From NCBI GenBank assembly GCA_964291655.2, contig OZ219801.1, positions 352,001-416,000 of the forward strand: a stretch of DNA of 64,000 nt. Reading direction: 5' to 3'. The DNA is from Chloroflexota bacterium. Lineage in GTDB: Bacteria; Chloroflexota; UBA11872; VXOZ01. Under the pieces are notes generated by a model. The model ran no database searches. It was given only the letters and a program-made list of their open reading frames with translations, and was not told where the DNA came from. The position numbers were made by a program, and so were the translations under genes. The stretch's first letter is position 1. The number at the start of each line of letters is the position of its first letter. This document shows, piece by piece, positions 8,751-18,946 of the stretch.

Positions 8751-9608
8751 TCACCGCGAGGGCAGCCACCACCGCAACGTGAGCGCCCTCCACACCTTGG
8801 ACACTAGCTCACTCCTGGCCAGTGCTCTCCGCGTGTCGAAGAGCGCCGTCCTGCGCCAGCTGACCTGGCCGCTGCGGTCGAGGCCGTGCAGAGGCTGCTT
8901 CTCCGGAGGAAGCGTCATCCCGTGCTCTTCAAGCAGCGCAAGCTCCACCTCCAGCAGGCGCTCCCGCTGGACGAGCCACTCAAGGCCCTTCCCGTCATTG
9001 GGGTGAGATTCCTTCAGCTCCCGCCACTGGACGACCAGAGGCCAGGCTTCGCCGAAGACCTCCTTGTCGTCATCGGCAGGCTCAAGGGTCACCAGGTCTG
9101 GGTGCTCGCGCCGCATCGGGGACTTTGGCGGAGGACTTCCGTCCCGCCGTGACGCCCCGCCTTCCGAACTCCCCGAACCCATCGGCGTTGGACCGGCGCC
9201 GGCATGACCGGCCCCGGTCGTCTTCGCCCTCACGGTGTCGTCCCGCCCCAGCGCCTCGACACTGCCTTCGACCTTGGACAGACGCCTGCGCGCCTCCTTG
9301 CCCAGGGACTCCACCTCGCTCTCCAACTGCTGCAACCGTTCTTCCAGCCTGTCGTTGCGCTCCCGCTGACGGGCGGCAGCCGAGCCGACCCCCTCCTGCA
9401 ACGCCCGCTCCAGCGCCTCTTGCACCCGCCGCGACAGCCTTCCCGTCCTGGCGCACTCGGCCACGGTGCGCTGGTCGATCTCCAGCACCCGCGCAGCTCC
9501 CTTGTGGCCCCGCTCCCGCACCAGCTCTTGCAGGAGGGTCATGAGCCGCATGTGGTACATGTTCTCCACGTCCCTGCTCTCCTCGATGCCGTGCTCTGTG
9601 GTCTTCAT
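8751..9608 (-). CDS. HTH plus coiled-coil protein, probable ICE regulator
   Basis: HTH-like GHKGAARVLEIDQRTVAEC followed by a heptad-rich segment; divergent from the transfer operon; RBS AAGGAGG. Confidence 0.6.
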   Translation of the reverse strand: MKTTEHGIEESRDVENMYHMRLMTLLQELVRERGHKGAARVLEIDQRTVAECARTGRLSRRVQEALERALQEGVGSAAARQRERNDRLEERLQQLESEVESLGKEARRRLSKVEGSVEALGRDDTVRAKTTGAGHAGAGPTPMGSGSSEGGASRRDGSPPPKSPMRREHPDLVTLEPADDDKEVFGEAWPLVVQWRELKESHPNDGKGLEWLVQRERLLEVELALLEEHGMTLPPEKQPLHGLDRSGQVSWRRTALFDTRRALARSELVSKVWRALTLRWWLPSR

Positions 9609-9681
9609 GGCAATTTCCTCCTTTTCCAAAAACTCCTCTCAGCTATGAATTTCCGACATCTCCGGTCTCTTCAGAGTTCCC

Positions 9682-9777
9682 CTCCGGCGTAACGCACCCC
9701 CACCTCAAGCGACTTTTCGGGGGAGTTTTGTCATCGGGCCGTCGATCTTCTCCGGTGTAGACACCCCCGCCTCAAGC
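9682..9777. promoter_or_regulatory. ~29-bp imperfect direct repeat in the divergent intergenic region (operator-like)
   Basis: CTCCGGCGTAACGCACCCCCACCTCAAGC (9682-9710) and CTCCGGTGTAGACACCCCCGCCTCAAGC (9750-9777). Confidence 0.5.
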
Positions 9778-9950
9778 CCGTTCTTGTCATTGCCAACCGA
9801 ACTGGGGACTTTCAACAGATTGCTCACTGTTTACGTCCAATAGGGGCCGATTTATCCCCGTTTTAGCTACGAAATCACGACTTCGGACCCTTCGTCACCA
9901 AACTCCATTTCCTGTACACCCCCAATACTGCACGAGACGGGCCTCCGATA

Positions 9951-9990
9951 AGAGACCCTGCAAGGTGCCACCCTGCGAGGGGTCTTTTTT
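9951..9990 (+). terminator. Intrinsic terminator-like hairpin upstream of the transfer operon
   Basis: AGAGACCCT...AGGGGTCTTTTTT stem followed by a T run. Confidence 0.55.
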
Positions 9991-10057
9991 CTCATTTGAT
10001 TTGTTCACACTCTCTGCAATCGCTGCGATCTCGTGATTTGCAGCAAACCGCAGGGAG

Positions 10058-10672
10058 GTGAACAACATGGCGCTGAAGTTGAAACTCAAGTCAGTTGGAC
10101 GGCTCATTCCGCTGGCAATCGCACTGCTGTTGGCGGCGCTGGTGGCCATCCCCACCAGCGGGATAGCCCAGGCCCAATCTCCGCCCGGCAGCGAGATCAC
10201 CCTGGTCAACGCAGACCGGGAGTTCGTCGAGCGAAAGAAGGGCGGCGAGTTCGTCGCAAGACCAATCTTCGACCGCGAGCTCAAGGACCTCTTCTATGCC
10301 GTCCGCGACGCCGACACCGGCGACTGGATATCCGCCATGTACCGGGTCAGGGGCGGCGAGAAGAAGCGCTCAGACGGCTGGGAGTACTCGTGGGAGTACC
10401 CCAAGCTCGACGAGCAGCCCGATCTCGACCCCGACCGGGCCTACCTGCTGGTCATGCTGGCGGAGGCGGAGGACGGCAAGCGGGGCGACTTCTACACCGT
10501 CGTCCCCATCCACCAGCCTGGCCGCATCTGGGACAAGATTCTTTCGGCTCTGAACCCTGCGAGATGGGCGAGGGCCTTCGCCGGTTGGATGATCGAGGGA
10601 GTCCACGGGACGCTGTGCGGGGTGGTGGAGCGGGCCTCGGGCGAGGACGCCGACAACTGCGGGGGCGGGTAG
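10058..10672 (+). CDS. Exported protein, first gene of the transfer operon
   Basis: Signal peptide (basic, hydrophobic, AQA); RBS GGAGG. Confidence 0.65.
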   Translation: MNNMALKLKLKSVGRLIPLAIALLLAALVAIPTSGIAQAQSPPGSEITLVNADREFVERKKGGEFVARPIFDRELKDLFYAVRDADTGDWISAMYRVRGGEKKRSDGWEYSWEYPKLDEQPDLDPDRAYLLVMLAEAEDGKRGDFYTVVPIHQPGRIWDKILSALNPARWARAFAGWMIEGVHGTLCGVVERASGEDADNCGGG

Positions 10673-10675
10673 CCG

Positions 10676-11656
10676 ATGAGCGACATCCTCACCGGGACTC
10701 CCCCTGACCTCACCTACGCCCACGACCTGGTGCAGCAGGCGTGGATGGTCGTCTGGGCCATCACGTCGGGCGCACTGGTGGTCATCCTGGGCTGGATGGG
10801 CCTCTCGCTCATCGTGAGTGAGCACCTGGGCCGACAGCAGGCCGGATGGCGGGAGATGGTTCCCCGCCTCGTGCTGGGCCTTGTGGCCGCCGCGTCTTCC
10901 CTGTGGTGGTGCGCCCTGGTCATCGACGTGGCCGACGCCGTCTCGGGCTTCGTTGCCGCGTCCCTCGACGTCACCGCAGGCGACATGCTCCGCTCCACAC
11001 TGAAGACCCTCTTGACTGCTGTTCAGGCCGGGAGCGTGGGCATGGCCCTGCTGCTGGCACTTCTCTATCTCGTCTACGGCTTCTTCGTGCTCTACGTGAT
11101 CGTGCAGATGGTGCTGCGCCTGGCCCTCATCGACATCCTGCTGGCGTTGGCCCCCATCGCGTTGGGGCTGTGGATTCTGCCGCATACCGCAGGATGGGGA
11201 AGGCACTGGCTCCGGCTCTTCATGACGACGGTGTTCCAGCAGGCCATCCAGCTCATCGCCCTTGCCTTGGGCTTCGGGTTCCTGAACGAGGTGGCGGCGA
11301 TAGCAGCCTTCGAGCCGGTGCAGGACCTGATCTGGAAGCTGTTGATGTCGCTGGCCTTCGTCTACATGGCGACCCGGGTCCCGTCCCTGCTGGGCAACGC
11401 GGGGACCTTCGACTCCTGGCTTTCGATGCTCTATTTCGGGATGAACCTGCCCGCGTCGATGGTGCGCTCCGCGAAGACCATCGGGCTGTTGGCAGGCGGA
11501 GCCGCCGGAGGGCCGGGAGGCGTTGCGGTGGGAGCGGTCGCCGCCAGCGCGGGGTTGTCGGCTGCGTCAAGCGGTCTCAACTCCGCTGCTTCCATGGCGA
11601 CCCCATCGGGCGGTGGAGACATGGGCGGCGATGCCCCAAGGAGCGCCAACGAGTGA
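10676..11656 (+). CDS. VirB6/TrbL-like polytopic conjugation membrane protein
   Basis: Several TM helices; RLALIDILLALAPIALGLWILPHT..W..W motif; Gly/Ala-rich tail. Confidence 0.75.
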   Translation: MSDILTGTPPDLTYAHDLVQQAWMVVWAITSGALVVILGWMGLSLIVSEHLGRQQAGWREMVPRLVLGLVAAASSLWWCALVIDVADAVSGFVAASLDVTAGDMLRSTLKTLLTAVQAGSVGMALLLALLYLVYGFFVLYVIVQMVLRLALIDILLALAPIALGLWILPHTAGWGRHWLRLFMTTVFQQAIQLIALALGFGFLNEVAAIAAFEPVQDLIWKLLMSLAFVYMATRVPSLLGNAGTFDSWLSMLYFGMNLPASMVRSAKTIGLLAGGAAGGPGGVAVGAVAASAGLSAASSGLNSAASMATPSGGGDMGGDAPRSANE

Positions 11657-11812
11657 CCCCAACAACAACGAACAGGAAATCAACTGAGGCGCGGCTCAGT
11701 CCACGCCGCTAAACACGACGACCGAGGGAGAGAGATGTGCAGCTAGACGGGCGAAGAGAACGAGACCGATAGAGACGAGCGCAAGACTCGAAACACGAGA
11801 GGAGAAAAGCAA

Positions 11813-12112
11813 ATGGAAGACCTTACACAGACCATCTCGAACCTGGTGGGCATCCTGCTGGGAATCGTGGGAGCGGTTGGCGTGGGCTTCTTCATCTACG
11901 GGGCCTACCTGTACCTGACGGCATCGGGAGCGCCCCACCAGATGGAGCGGGGCAAGAGCGCCATGATGACCGCCCTGGCGGGCATCGTCCTTGCCCTGGT
12001 CGCCTATGGCGTCGTGGAGCTGGTGATGAACGCGGTGGTGGACCCTGGCGTGGACATCGAAGACGCCCTGCCCAAACCCAACACGACACCCGAAGCAAGC
12101 GACGGCAGCTAG
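11813..12112 (+). CDS. TrbC/VirB2-like pilin
   Basis: Two TM helices flanking GAYLYLTASG....ERGK..M..AL.G. Confidence 0.75.
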   Translation: MEDLTQTISNLVGILLGIVGAVGVGFFIYGAYLYLTASGAPHQMERGKSAMMTALAGIVLALVAYGVVELVMNAVVDPGVDIEDALPKPNTTPEASDGS

Positions 12113-12137
12113 CCGGGACGTGAGGAAGGAAAGAGAC

Positions 12138-13820
12138 ATGAGAGAACACGAGGTACCGACCCACGTGCAGGCCGAGGACAGGGTGCTGCTGTGGTTCACG
12201 TTTCCGCAGATCGTGGCGGTCGTGGCAGTGTGTGCCCTGTCCTATGGCGCATACCGCTACGCCCCTGTGGGGCCGTCCGAGGTGCGGATGGGACTCGCCG
12301 TCCTGTTCGGGCTGATGGGCATCGCCGTTGTCGTGGGAAAGATAGGGGGTCGGCGGCTGCCGTTGGTGGCCGCCGACCTGCTGAAGTACCGGCTGGGGGC
12401 GCGGGTCTACGCCGGGGCGGTGTCCCAGCTGGTGCGCCCTGAGCCGCTCGCGCCGGTTCAGCCGGTGAAGAGTGGCCCAGGACCCCTGAGCCTGATGGTG
12501 AAGAAGTCGAAGCGCGTCCTCCGCAGGCTCCGCAAGCTGCGGAACAGGCGGAAGGACCGCCGCAACGGTCGGATGCCGTTTCGTCCCCATGGCTGGTTCG
12601 GCAAGCGCCGCCGGAAGGCGGGCAGGGACAGCCAGAGTCAAGGTCCGAAGGGTTGGATGGCGGTGGTGGCCGTTGTTGCAATGGCGGCGGTCAGCACCGT
12701 CCCCCAGTCGGCCCTTGCCGACGGCCACGAACCCTGGCGAGACGAGATCGACTTCGAACTGACGGAGCCGGTGGAGGGACGGCGGATATTCGTCGAGGGA
12801 CTTTTTGTAAACGGCGACCGCGCCGCAGTGACGCTGAGGGCGGCAACGGACCTGGACATCCGGGTGCGGGCCTTCGGGGGCAACCAGGGCACGGCCCTGC
12901 GTTTCTGGGGATCGGCTTCCCTGGACGAGGGGGAGAGTATCGACTACTCCCTGCCCCTCAACGGCCCAATGCCGTCCTTCACCGTCTCGTGGGAGGACAC
13001 GCTGGGACAGGCCGGGGCGCTCACCGTAACCCCCGACCAGATTCCTTACCCGCTCCCCGAAATCGAAGGCGAGTTGTGCAAACTGAGCACGACCTCCCTC
13101 GGCTGGACGCCGGGAGCAGTCACCGGCGTCGTCGAGTCCGAGTGCGTTGCCGCCATCGAGGAGCCGGTGGAGCTTCAGACGGTGGCCGGGCACCAAAGCG
13201 TCACCGAGACGGCCCTCATGGACGCCGAGGTGACGACCATCACCGGAACCGTCACCGCAGCAACCGGCGCATCGACCATCAGCGTCCCCTTCATCTCCGA
13301 CGGGGAGACCAGCTTCAGGCTCGATGTGCCGACGGGTCAGGCCCTTCACGCCGTGAGCGTGGACGTAAACCTTGAGGCGACTCTCAGTATCCCCATCCCT
13401 CCGCTGACAACGCTCACCCACCACCCGGAGCGGACGGAGAAGCGCACCGAGACGGTGAGTCTGTGGAGGCCGGGTGTGAGCCAGACCGTCAGCGAGACGG
13501 TCACCGTGACCAACGGCGACGGCACGACGACGGAGCACACCATCTCCGCCACGCTGTCGGTGCCCGGTGAGACCGTCCAGAAGGACGTGACCCTCACCAT
13601 CGTCCATCCCGAGCACGTGAAGGCCGAGACGACGGACCGAGCGCCCAACGTCAAGACGAGGAGCGCGTCTCTGGGCCTGGCTTCCGATATTGGGAGTGAC
13701 GACACCTTTTTCGCTCTGGTAGTGCCGGAGCCTGAGCCGATCGATCCGCCCGCCGAGCAGACGCCCGGCGGAGATCTGACCGAGTGGTTCCGCAAAATCG
13801 GATGGGAGTGGCCGTGGTGA
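12138..13820 (+). CDS. PrgI-family (VirB3-like) protein fused to a large extracellular Thr/Val-rich domain
   Basis: N-terminal HEVPTHVQAEDRVLLWFTFPQ plus two TMs (PrgI-like), a basic linker, a third hydrophobic segment, then ~365 aa of beta-rich sequence. Confidence 0.7.
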   Translation: MREHEVPTHVQAEDRVLLWFTFPQIVAVVAVCALSYGAYRYAPVGPSEVRMGLAVLFGLMGIAVVVGKIGGRRLPLVAADLLKYRLGARVYAGAVSQLVRPEPLAPVQPVKSGPGPLSLMVKKSKRVLRRLRKLRNRRKDRRNGRMPFRPHGWFGKRRRKAGRDSQSQGPKGWMAVVAVVAMAAVSTVPQSALADGHEPWRDEIDFELTEPVEGRRIFVEGLFVNGDRAAVTLRAATDLDIRVRAFGGNQGTALRFWGSASLDEGESIDYSLPLNGPMPSFTVSWEDTLGQAGALTVTPDQIPYPLPEIEGELCKLSTTSLGWTPGAVTGVVESECVAAIEEPVELQTVAGHQSVTETALMDAEVTTITGTVTAATGASTISVPFISDGETSFRLDVPTGQALHAVSVDVNLEATLSIPIPPLTTLTHHPERTEKRTETVSLWRPGVSQTVSETVTVTNGDGTTTEHTISATLSVPGETVQKDVTLTIVHPEHVKAETTDRAPNVKTRSASLGLASDIGSDDTFFALVVPEPEPIDPPAEQTPGGDLTEWFRKIGWEWPW

Positions 13821-14134
13821 GGAGGGTAGCGGCAATGACGCTTCTGGCCGGAACTGCGCAGGCGACCACCGGCGCGGCCCCGGCGGAGGAGCAGGCAATG
13901 TTGGACGCCTTCGATGCGGTGTTGACCGCGATGACCTACGCCGCATCGGGTCTATGCCTCTTTGCCATCGTCTGGGCGGGCTTCGTCCTGATGGCCGAGG
14001 GAGGCGAGGAGCGCGGCGGAGGCAAGGCCAGGACCGCCGTGGTAATGGCTGTTGTGGGCCTGGTTCTGGTGCTGTCGGCCAAGGGCGTCGCGGCCCTGCT
14101 GAGCAGCGGACTGGTGGACTTCCCAACACCCTAG
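13817..14134 (+). CDS. Second TrbC/VirB2-like pilin
   Basis: AIVWAGFVLMAEGG...GKARTAVVMAVVGLVLVL two-TM pattern; exact start uncertain. Confidence 0.65.
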   Translation: MRRVAAMTLLAGTAQATTGAAPAEEQAMLDAFDAVLTAMTYAASGLCLFAIVWAGFVLMAEGGEERGGGKARTAVVMAVVGLVLVLSAKGVAALLSSGLVDFPTP

Positions 14135-14154
14135 AGGAAAAGGAACCTATCGAA

Positions 14155-16398
14155 TTGAAGAAGCTTATTGACCGAATCAGAGGACGAGAACCGGAGCCTT
14201 CACACGAGGGCGCTCCAAAGCTTCCGCCCGACCTTTCCCTGTTCTTCATGCTGTCGCACCTGAACGACGACGGCCCCGTGCGTTTGGACGGGGTGAAGCT
14301 CGGCGTGTGCGAGGTGATGGGGCTGGAGCTCGACGAGCCGAAGCTGGGAGCCTTTGCCGGGGCGCTCAACGCCCTCGATTTCCCCGTCCAGCTTCTCGTC
14401 AGGCAGCACCCGCCGCGTCTTGGCGGACTGCGTCAGAAGCTGCAAGAGGCCCAACCCGAGAACCTTCCCCCGCAGACGAGGGCGGCGTCGAAGTCTCTCC
14501 AGCGTCTATTGACCGAACTAGAGGCGCGCGACGGCATCCTCGACCGTCGCTTCTATGCCGTGTGCGTGTTCCCCCGCATCGACGAGCTGCGGGGCCTGCT
14601 GGCGCGGGCCTGGCTGTCCGTCCACCCGCTGAGGGGACGCCAGCTTCAGATGTTCATGGTAGCGGCCGTCCTGGGCGGCTCGCCAACCGACGTGGACGAG
14701 AACGAGGGGGTTGAGGTTCAGGTCAACCGCAGGGACATGCGCGTCGGCGACCGCCTGGTGCGCTCCCTGCATCTGGGCAAGTGGCCGAGGTCGTTGGCCC
14801 CCGGCTTCCTGCAAGGGCTGATGGCGGCGGGAGCGCCGATGGACCTGTCCATCCACCTGGGGCCGATACCCGCGGAGCAGGCGGCGAGGACGCTGGAGTG
14901 GCAGAAGGTGCGCTTCGAGTCGGCCCAGTCGCTGTCCTTCAAGCGGGGACGCACCATGTCCCCCGAGGCGGAGATCGCCCTGGAGGACGTGACCCGCCTG
15001 CGGGACGAGGTGCAGCGCGGACGAGAACGGCTCTTCCATTCCTCTCTTTCCGTGACCCTTCATGCCAAAGGCGAGGCGTCGCTGAAGGAGATGACCCAGC
15101 GGGCCAAGGCCCACTTCGCTGCCACCCTCGGCAAACTGGACAACCTCGCCTTCCGGCAGAGGGATGGGCTGCTTTCGACCCTGCCCCTTGCACTGAACGC
15201 CGTGGCCGAGTGGCGCACGCTGGACACGTCGTCTTTGGCGAGATTGTTCCCCTTCTCTCCTCCAGACCTGGACACGCGGAGCGGCACCCTCTACGGAATC
15301 GACATGCGGGCCTGCTCCCCGGTGGTCTACGACCCCTGGGACGGAACCCACCTCAACGCCAACACCGCCGTCCTCGCAAGGTCGGGATCAGGGAAATCAT
15401 TTGCCACCAAGCTGGGTGTACTCAGGGGATTGACGCGAGGCGTGACGGCCTACGTCATCGATCCGGAGGGTGAGTACGCCGACATGGCGAGGGCTGCGGG
15501 TGGGCGCGTCCTCTCACCGGGAGTCCCCGGCCAGGGCATGAACCCCTTCGTCATCGACCGGGGCGACGACGAGGAACTGCTCCAGCGCATCGGCAGCCTA
15601 AGACGGCTCATCGAGGTGATGGTGGGAGAGAGCCTCGGCGCGGAGCGCAGGGCATCCCTCGACCACGCACTGGCGGGCTACTACGCCCAGACCCGCGAGC
15701 GCACCGGCTTCCGAGATTTCTACGCCTACCTGGAAGGGCAAGCCGAGGACATAGCGCATCTGCTGCGTCCCTTCGCCACCGGCAGCCTGCGCAACCTGCT
15801 CTCCGACGAAGGGGACGACCTTCTCGGGAGCGAAGCTCTCGTAACGGTCTTCGACCTGCACCTGCTGGAGCCGGAGCTTAGGCCCGCAGCAGCAATGGTC
15901 TGCACCGAGACGGTGTGGGCGGCTGCGGCGCAGAACCCCAAGCCGAGGCTTCTGGTCGTGGACGAGGTGTGGTCGATCATGCAGCACCCCGAAGGGGCCG
16001 CGTTCATGGTCAGCATGGCAAAGAGAGCAAGAAAACACCGGCTGGGGTTGCAGTTCATCACCCAGGACGTGCAGGACCTCCTCTCCGAGGACTCTTCGAG
16101 AACCATCACCGGCCACAGCGGGAGGGCGCTGCTTCAGAACGCCGCCTTTAAGCTGCTGCTTCAGCAGGACGCGGCGGCCATCTCAACCGTGGGCGACGCC
16201 TTCGACCTGCCCGAAGACCTTCAAAGGTGGCTGCTGTCCTGCCCTCGCGGGGACGGGCTGCTGCTGGCGAGAGGACAGCGATTCCCCGTACGCATCGAGG
16301 CCACCCCTGAGGAGACAGCAGTAATTGAGTGGAGACCGGGCAGCCACGGGCGACAGCCCTCTCCACCGCCGGACGAGGACGAAGAGACGGACACATAG
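14155..16398 (+). CDS. virB4: VirB4-family conjugation ATPase
   Basis: Walker A ARSGSGKS, VIDPEGEY, Walker B LLVVDEVW, RARKH..G..FITQ; TTG start inferred. Confidence 0.9.
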   Translation: MKKLIDRIRGREPEPSHEGAPKLPPDLSLFFMLSHLNDDGPVRLDGVKLGVCEVMGLELDEPKLGAFAGALNALDFPVQLLVRQHPPRLGGLRQKLQEAQPENLPPQTRAASKSLQRLLTELEARDGILDRRFYAVCVFPRIDELRGLLARAWLSVHPLRGRQLQMFMVAAVLGGSPTDVDENEGVEVQVNRRDMRVGDRLVRSLHLGKWPRSLAPGFLQGLMAAGAPMDLSIHLGPIPAEQAARTLEWQKVRFESAQSLSFKRGRTMSPEAEIALEDVTRLRDEVQRGRERLFHSSLSVTLHAKGEASLKEMTQRAKAHFAATLGKLDNLAFRQRDGLLSTLPLALNAVAEWRTLDTSSLARLFPFSPPDLDTRSGTLYGIDMRACSPVVYDPWDGTHLNANTAVLARSGSGKSFATKLGVLRGLTRGVTAYVIDPEGEYADMARAAGGRVLSPGVPGQGMNPFVIDRGDDEELLQRIGSLRRLIEVMVGESLGAERRASLDHALAGYYAQTRERTGFRDFYAYLEGQAEDIAHLLRPFATGSLRNLLSDEGDDLLGSEALVTVFDLHLLEPELRPAAAMVCTETVWAAAAQNPKPRLLVVDEVWSIMQHPEGAAFMVSMAKRARKHRLGLQFITQDVQDLLSEDSSRTITGHSGRALLQNAAFKLLLQQDAAAISTVGDAFDLPEDLQRWLLSCPRGDGLLLARGQRFPVRIEATPEETAVIEWRPGSHGRQPSPPPDEDEETDT

Positions 16399-16423
16399 AG
16401 ATTCCTTAAAGAGGAGAAGAAAA

Positions 16424-18946
16424 GTGAAACTGAACCCTAAAGACATCCTGTTTGGCGACGACAAGGAGAAGAAGCCTGTACTACTTGCGGTGACGCCGCC
16501 GAGGACGGGAGAGCGCACGCTGCTCGGCGTGGAGAACCTGCTCCAGTCCATCGCGGTGCCGGAGCCCTTCTCCCTGGAGCTTGCCGGGGACATGGACGGC
16601 GTGACGCTGATGGCACGCTGCTTCGACGACCGGGTGGTGAGGGGTCAGATAGCCGCCCACTACCCACAGGCACGGATAGAGGAGGTGCACCCCGGAGAAG
16701 ACCCGCTGTGGCTCAGGGAGGGAGAGCAGGCGTGGTCGATGACGCTCAGGGCCGACGGCCCCGAGTACGTCCCGTTGCGCACCTTCCGCGATGACGACTT
16801 CCTCGACCCCGGCTCGGACCCCCTCATCGCCCTCATGGGAGCGCTGTCCTCCCTCTACGAGGGCGAACGGGTGGTGGCTCGCCTGATGCTGCGCTCCCTC
16901 GGCCCCGACTGGTCGCAACATCACCTCGAAAAGGCCCACAAACGGCCCGGCATGGAGCAGCGGGAGCCCTCCTACACCTACCAGACCAAGCCCCTACAGA
17001 TGGACGGGGTGACCATGGCCGTCCTCGGCATCGGTGCTCTGGCCGCCCTCCAGGGATACCTGTGGGTGCAGGACGGAGAGACATGGAAGACGGTGCTACT
17101 CGGCGTCGGCACGGCTCTCGGTCTGGGAGTCGGAGGCTGGGCCTGGCACCGCTTCAAGAAGTCCAGGAACCGGGTCGAAGACCCCTTGCTCATACGCGAA
17201 AAAGTCTCCCGCATCGCGTTCGACGCCGAGATACAGGTCACGGCGCTCATGCCTGCCGACACAGGGCATGAGCGAGCGGAGGAGCTCCTGAAGAGGGTGG
17301 CCGCCGCCTACCGCCACTTCGACAACCCCGCCGGAGCACGGTTCAAGGTCGGCAAGGTCCAGGCTGCGGTCCCAGAGCCCTCGCTGCTTCACCCTTCAGG
17401 CCCCGGCCTGTTCGGCAGGCGCAGTGTGCTGGGCGTCCGCGAGGCGGCCTGCCTGTGGCACCCGCCGGGAGCCGGTGACGAAACGCCCATGGTGGAGCGC
17501 TCCGGCGCACGAGCGCTCAGTCCATCTGCTAAGGGTGTCAGGGGCGGCGCGCTGGTGGGGGACACCACCGCAGGGACTAAGAGGGAGATCAGATTCCCCG
17601 AGGACTTGCTTCGCCGGCACCACCTCTACGTGGCGAGAACCCGCATGGGCAAGTCAACGCTGATGCACCACATCGTCACCCACAAGATGCGGGAGAAGGC
17701 GGCGGGCAGGGACCCCGACGCCATCGTCGTCATCGACCCCCACACCGACTTGGTGGCGGGCATCCTCGAACACGTCCCCGAATCCCTCGCCGACAAAGTG
17801 AAGCTCATCGATCTGTCCGACGAGACCCGCTCCCCTGGCATCAACCTGCTGGACACCCGCGTCTTCGCCGACCGGGACCGCACCGCCGACTCGGTGGTCA
17901 GGGTGGCGAAGGGCCTGTGGGACCAGTGGGGGCCGAGGATGCAGTCCATCCTGGAGCAGACCGTCAAGACGCTGCACGAGGCCAACGAGCAGATGGAGGC
18001 GGAGCAGCAGTACACCATCCTGGACGGCCTGAAGCTGCTGTCGGACGAGGCGTTCGGCAAGGAGGTGCGCAAGAGGGTCTCGGACCCCTATCTGTTGGAG
18101 TGGTGGGCCAGGGACTTCGGCAAGTGGGGTCATCAGTACAAGGCCGAGGCGCTCGCTCCCGTGCAGACCCGCCTCTCCTACTACGCGTCTTCAAAGCGGG
18201 CGCGGGCCATCCTGGGCCAGCGCCGCTCCACCATCGACCTGCGCCGCACCATCCACGACGGCGGCGTACTGCTCGTCTCCACCTCCCAGGGCACCGTCGG
18301 CAGGGACGTGGCCGCACTGGTGGGCGCTTCCCTCCTCAACCTGGTGGACGCCGTGATACGGGAGCAGGGAAGCCTGCCCTTGCACCAGCGCCGAGGCGCG
18401 CTGGTTGTGGTGGACGAGATGCAGTCCATGCCCGGCGTGGACTACGAGTCGATGCTCAGCGAGCTGGGGAAGTTCGGAGCGTCGTTCATCCTCGCCACCC
18501 AGAGCCTGGCCAAGCTGGACGACCTCTCCCTCACCATGCGGGACACCATCCTCGCCAACGTGGGCTGCCTGGCCATCTTCCAGGTGGCGGGCAACGACGC
18601 CAGGACCCTGGTGTGGGAGCTGGGCAAGGACCGGGTGACCGAGGACGACATCGTGTCGCTCCCCGTCCACCACTGCTACGTCCGCGCAACCGTGGGAACG
18701 GAACGGATGCCGGCCTTCTCAATGGAGGTGCGCAAGCCCGAGGAGGGAGACCCCGCCGTGGCAAACGGCATCCGCGAGGCGGCAACCGCGTACACGGTCT
18801 CTTCCCGGCAGGCGGACTACACCGACGCCGAGGGTAACAGGAAGGTGGATGACTACCACAAGGGCGTCGAAGAGTTAGAGAAGGCCGAACAGGGGGGACA
18901 GCAGGAGGCGAAGCAGGCGGAGCAACAAGAGGAGGCCGAAGGATGA
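16424..18946 (+). CDS. virD4: VirD4/TraD-like type IV coupling protein
   Basis: RRHHLYVARTRMGKS Walker A, VIDPH, Walker B VVVDEMQ, ATQSL; two TM helices; GTG start after GAGGAG. Confidence 0.85.
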   Translation: MKLNPKDILFGDDKEKKPVLLAVTPPRTGERTLLGVENLLQSIAVPEPFSLELAGDMDGVTLMARCFDDRVVRGQIAAHYPQARIEEVHPGEDPLWLREGEQAWSMTLRADGPEYVPLRTFRDDDFLDPGSDPLIALMGALSSLYEGERVVARLMLRSLGPDWSQHHLEKAHKRPGMEQREPSYTYQTKPLQMDGVTMAVLGIGALAALQGYLWVQDGETWKTVLLGVGTALGLGVGGWAWHRFKKSRNRVEDPLLIREKVSRIAFDAEIQVTALMPADTGHERAEELLKRVAAAYRHFDNPAGARFKVGKVQAAVPEPSLLHPSGPGLFGRRSVLGVREAACLWHPPGAGDETPMVERSGARALSPSAKGVRGGALVGDTTAGTKREIRFPEDLLRRHHLYVARTRMGKSTLMHHIVTHKMREKAAGRDPDAIVVIDPHTDLVAGILEHVPESLADKVKLIDLSDETRSPGINLLDTRVFADRDRTADSVVRVAKGLWDQWGPRMQSILEQTVKTLHEANEQMEAEQQYTILDGLKLLSDEAFGKEVRKRVSDPYLLEWWARDFGKWGHQYKAEALAPVQTRLSYYASSKRARAILGQRRSTIDLRRTIHDGGVLLVSTSQGTVGRDVAALVGASLLNLVDAVIREQGSLPLHQRRGALVVVDEMQSMPGVDYESMLSELGKFGASFILATQSLAKLDDLSLTMRDTILANVGCLAIFQVAGNDARTLVWELGKDRVTEDDIVSLPVHHCYVRATVGTERMPAFSMEVRKPEEGDPAVANGIREAATAYTVSSRQADYTDAEGNRKVDDYHKGVEELEKAEQGGQQEAKQAEQQEEAEG

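Noticed and set aside
11892-14369. 825-aa minus-strand ORF
   Set aside because: Antisense shadow of high-GC transfer genes; no motifs.
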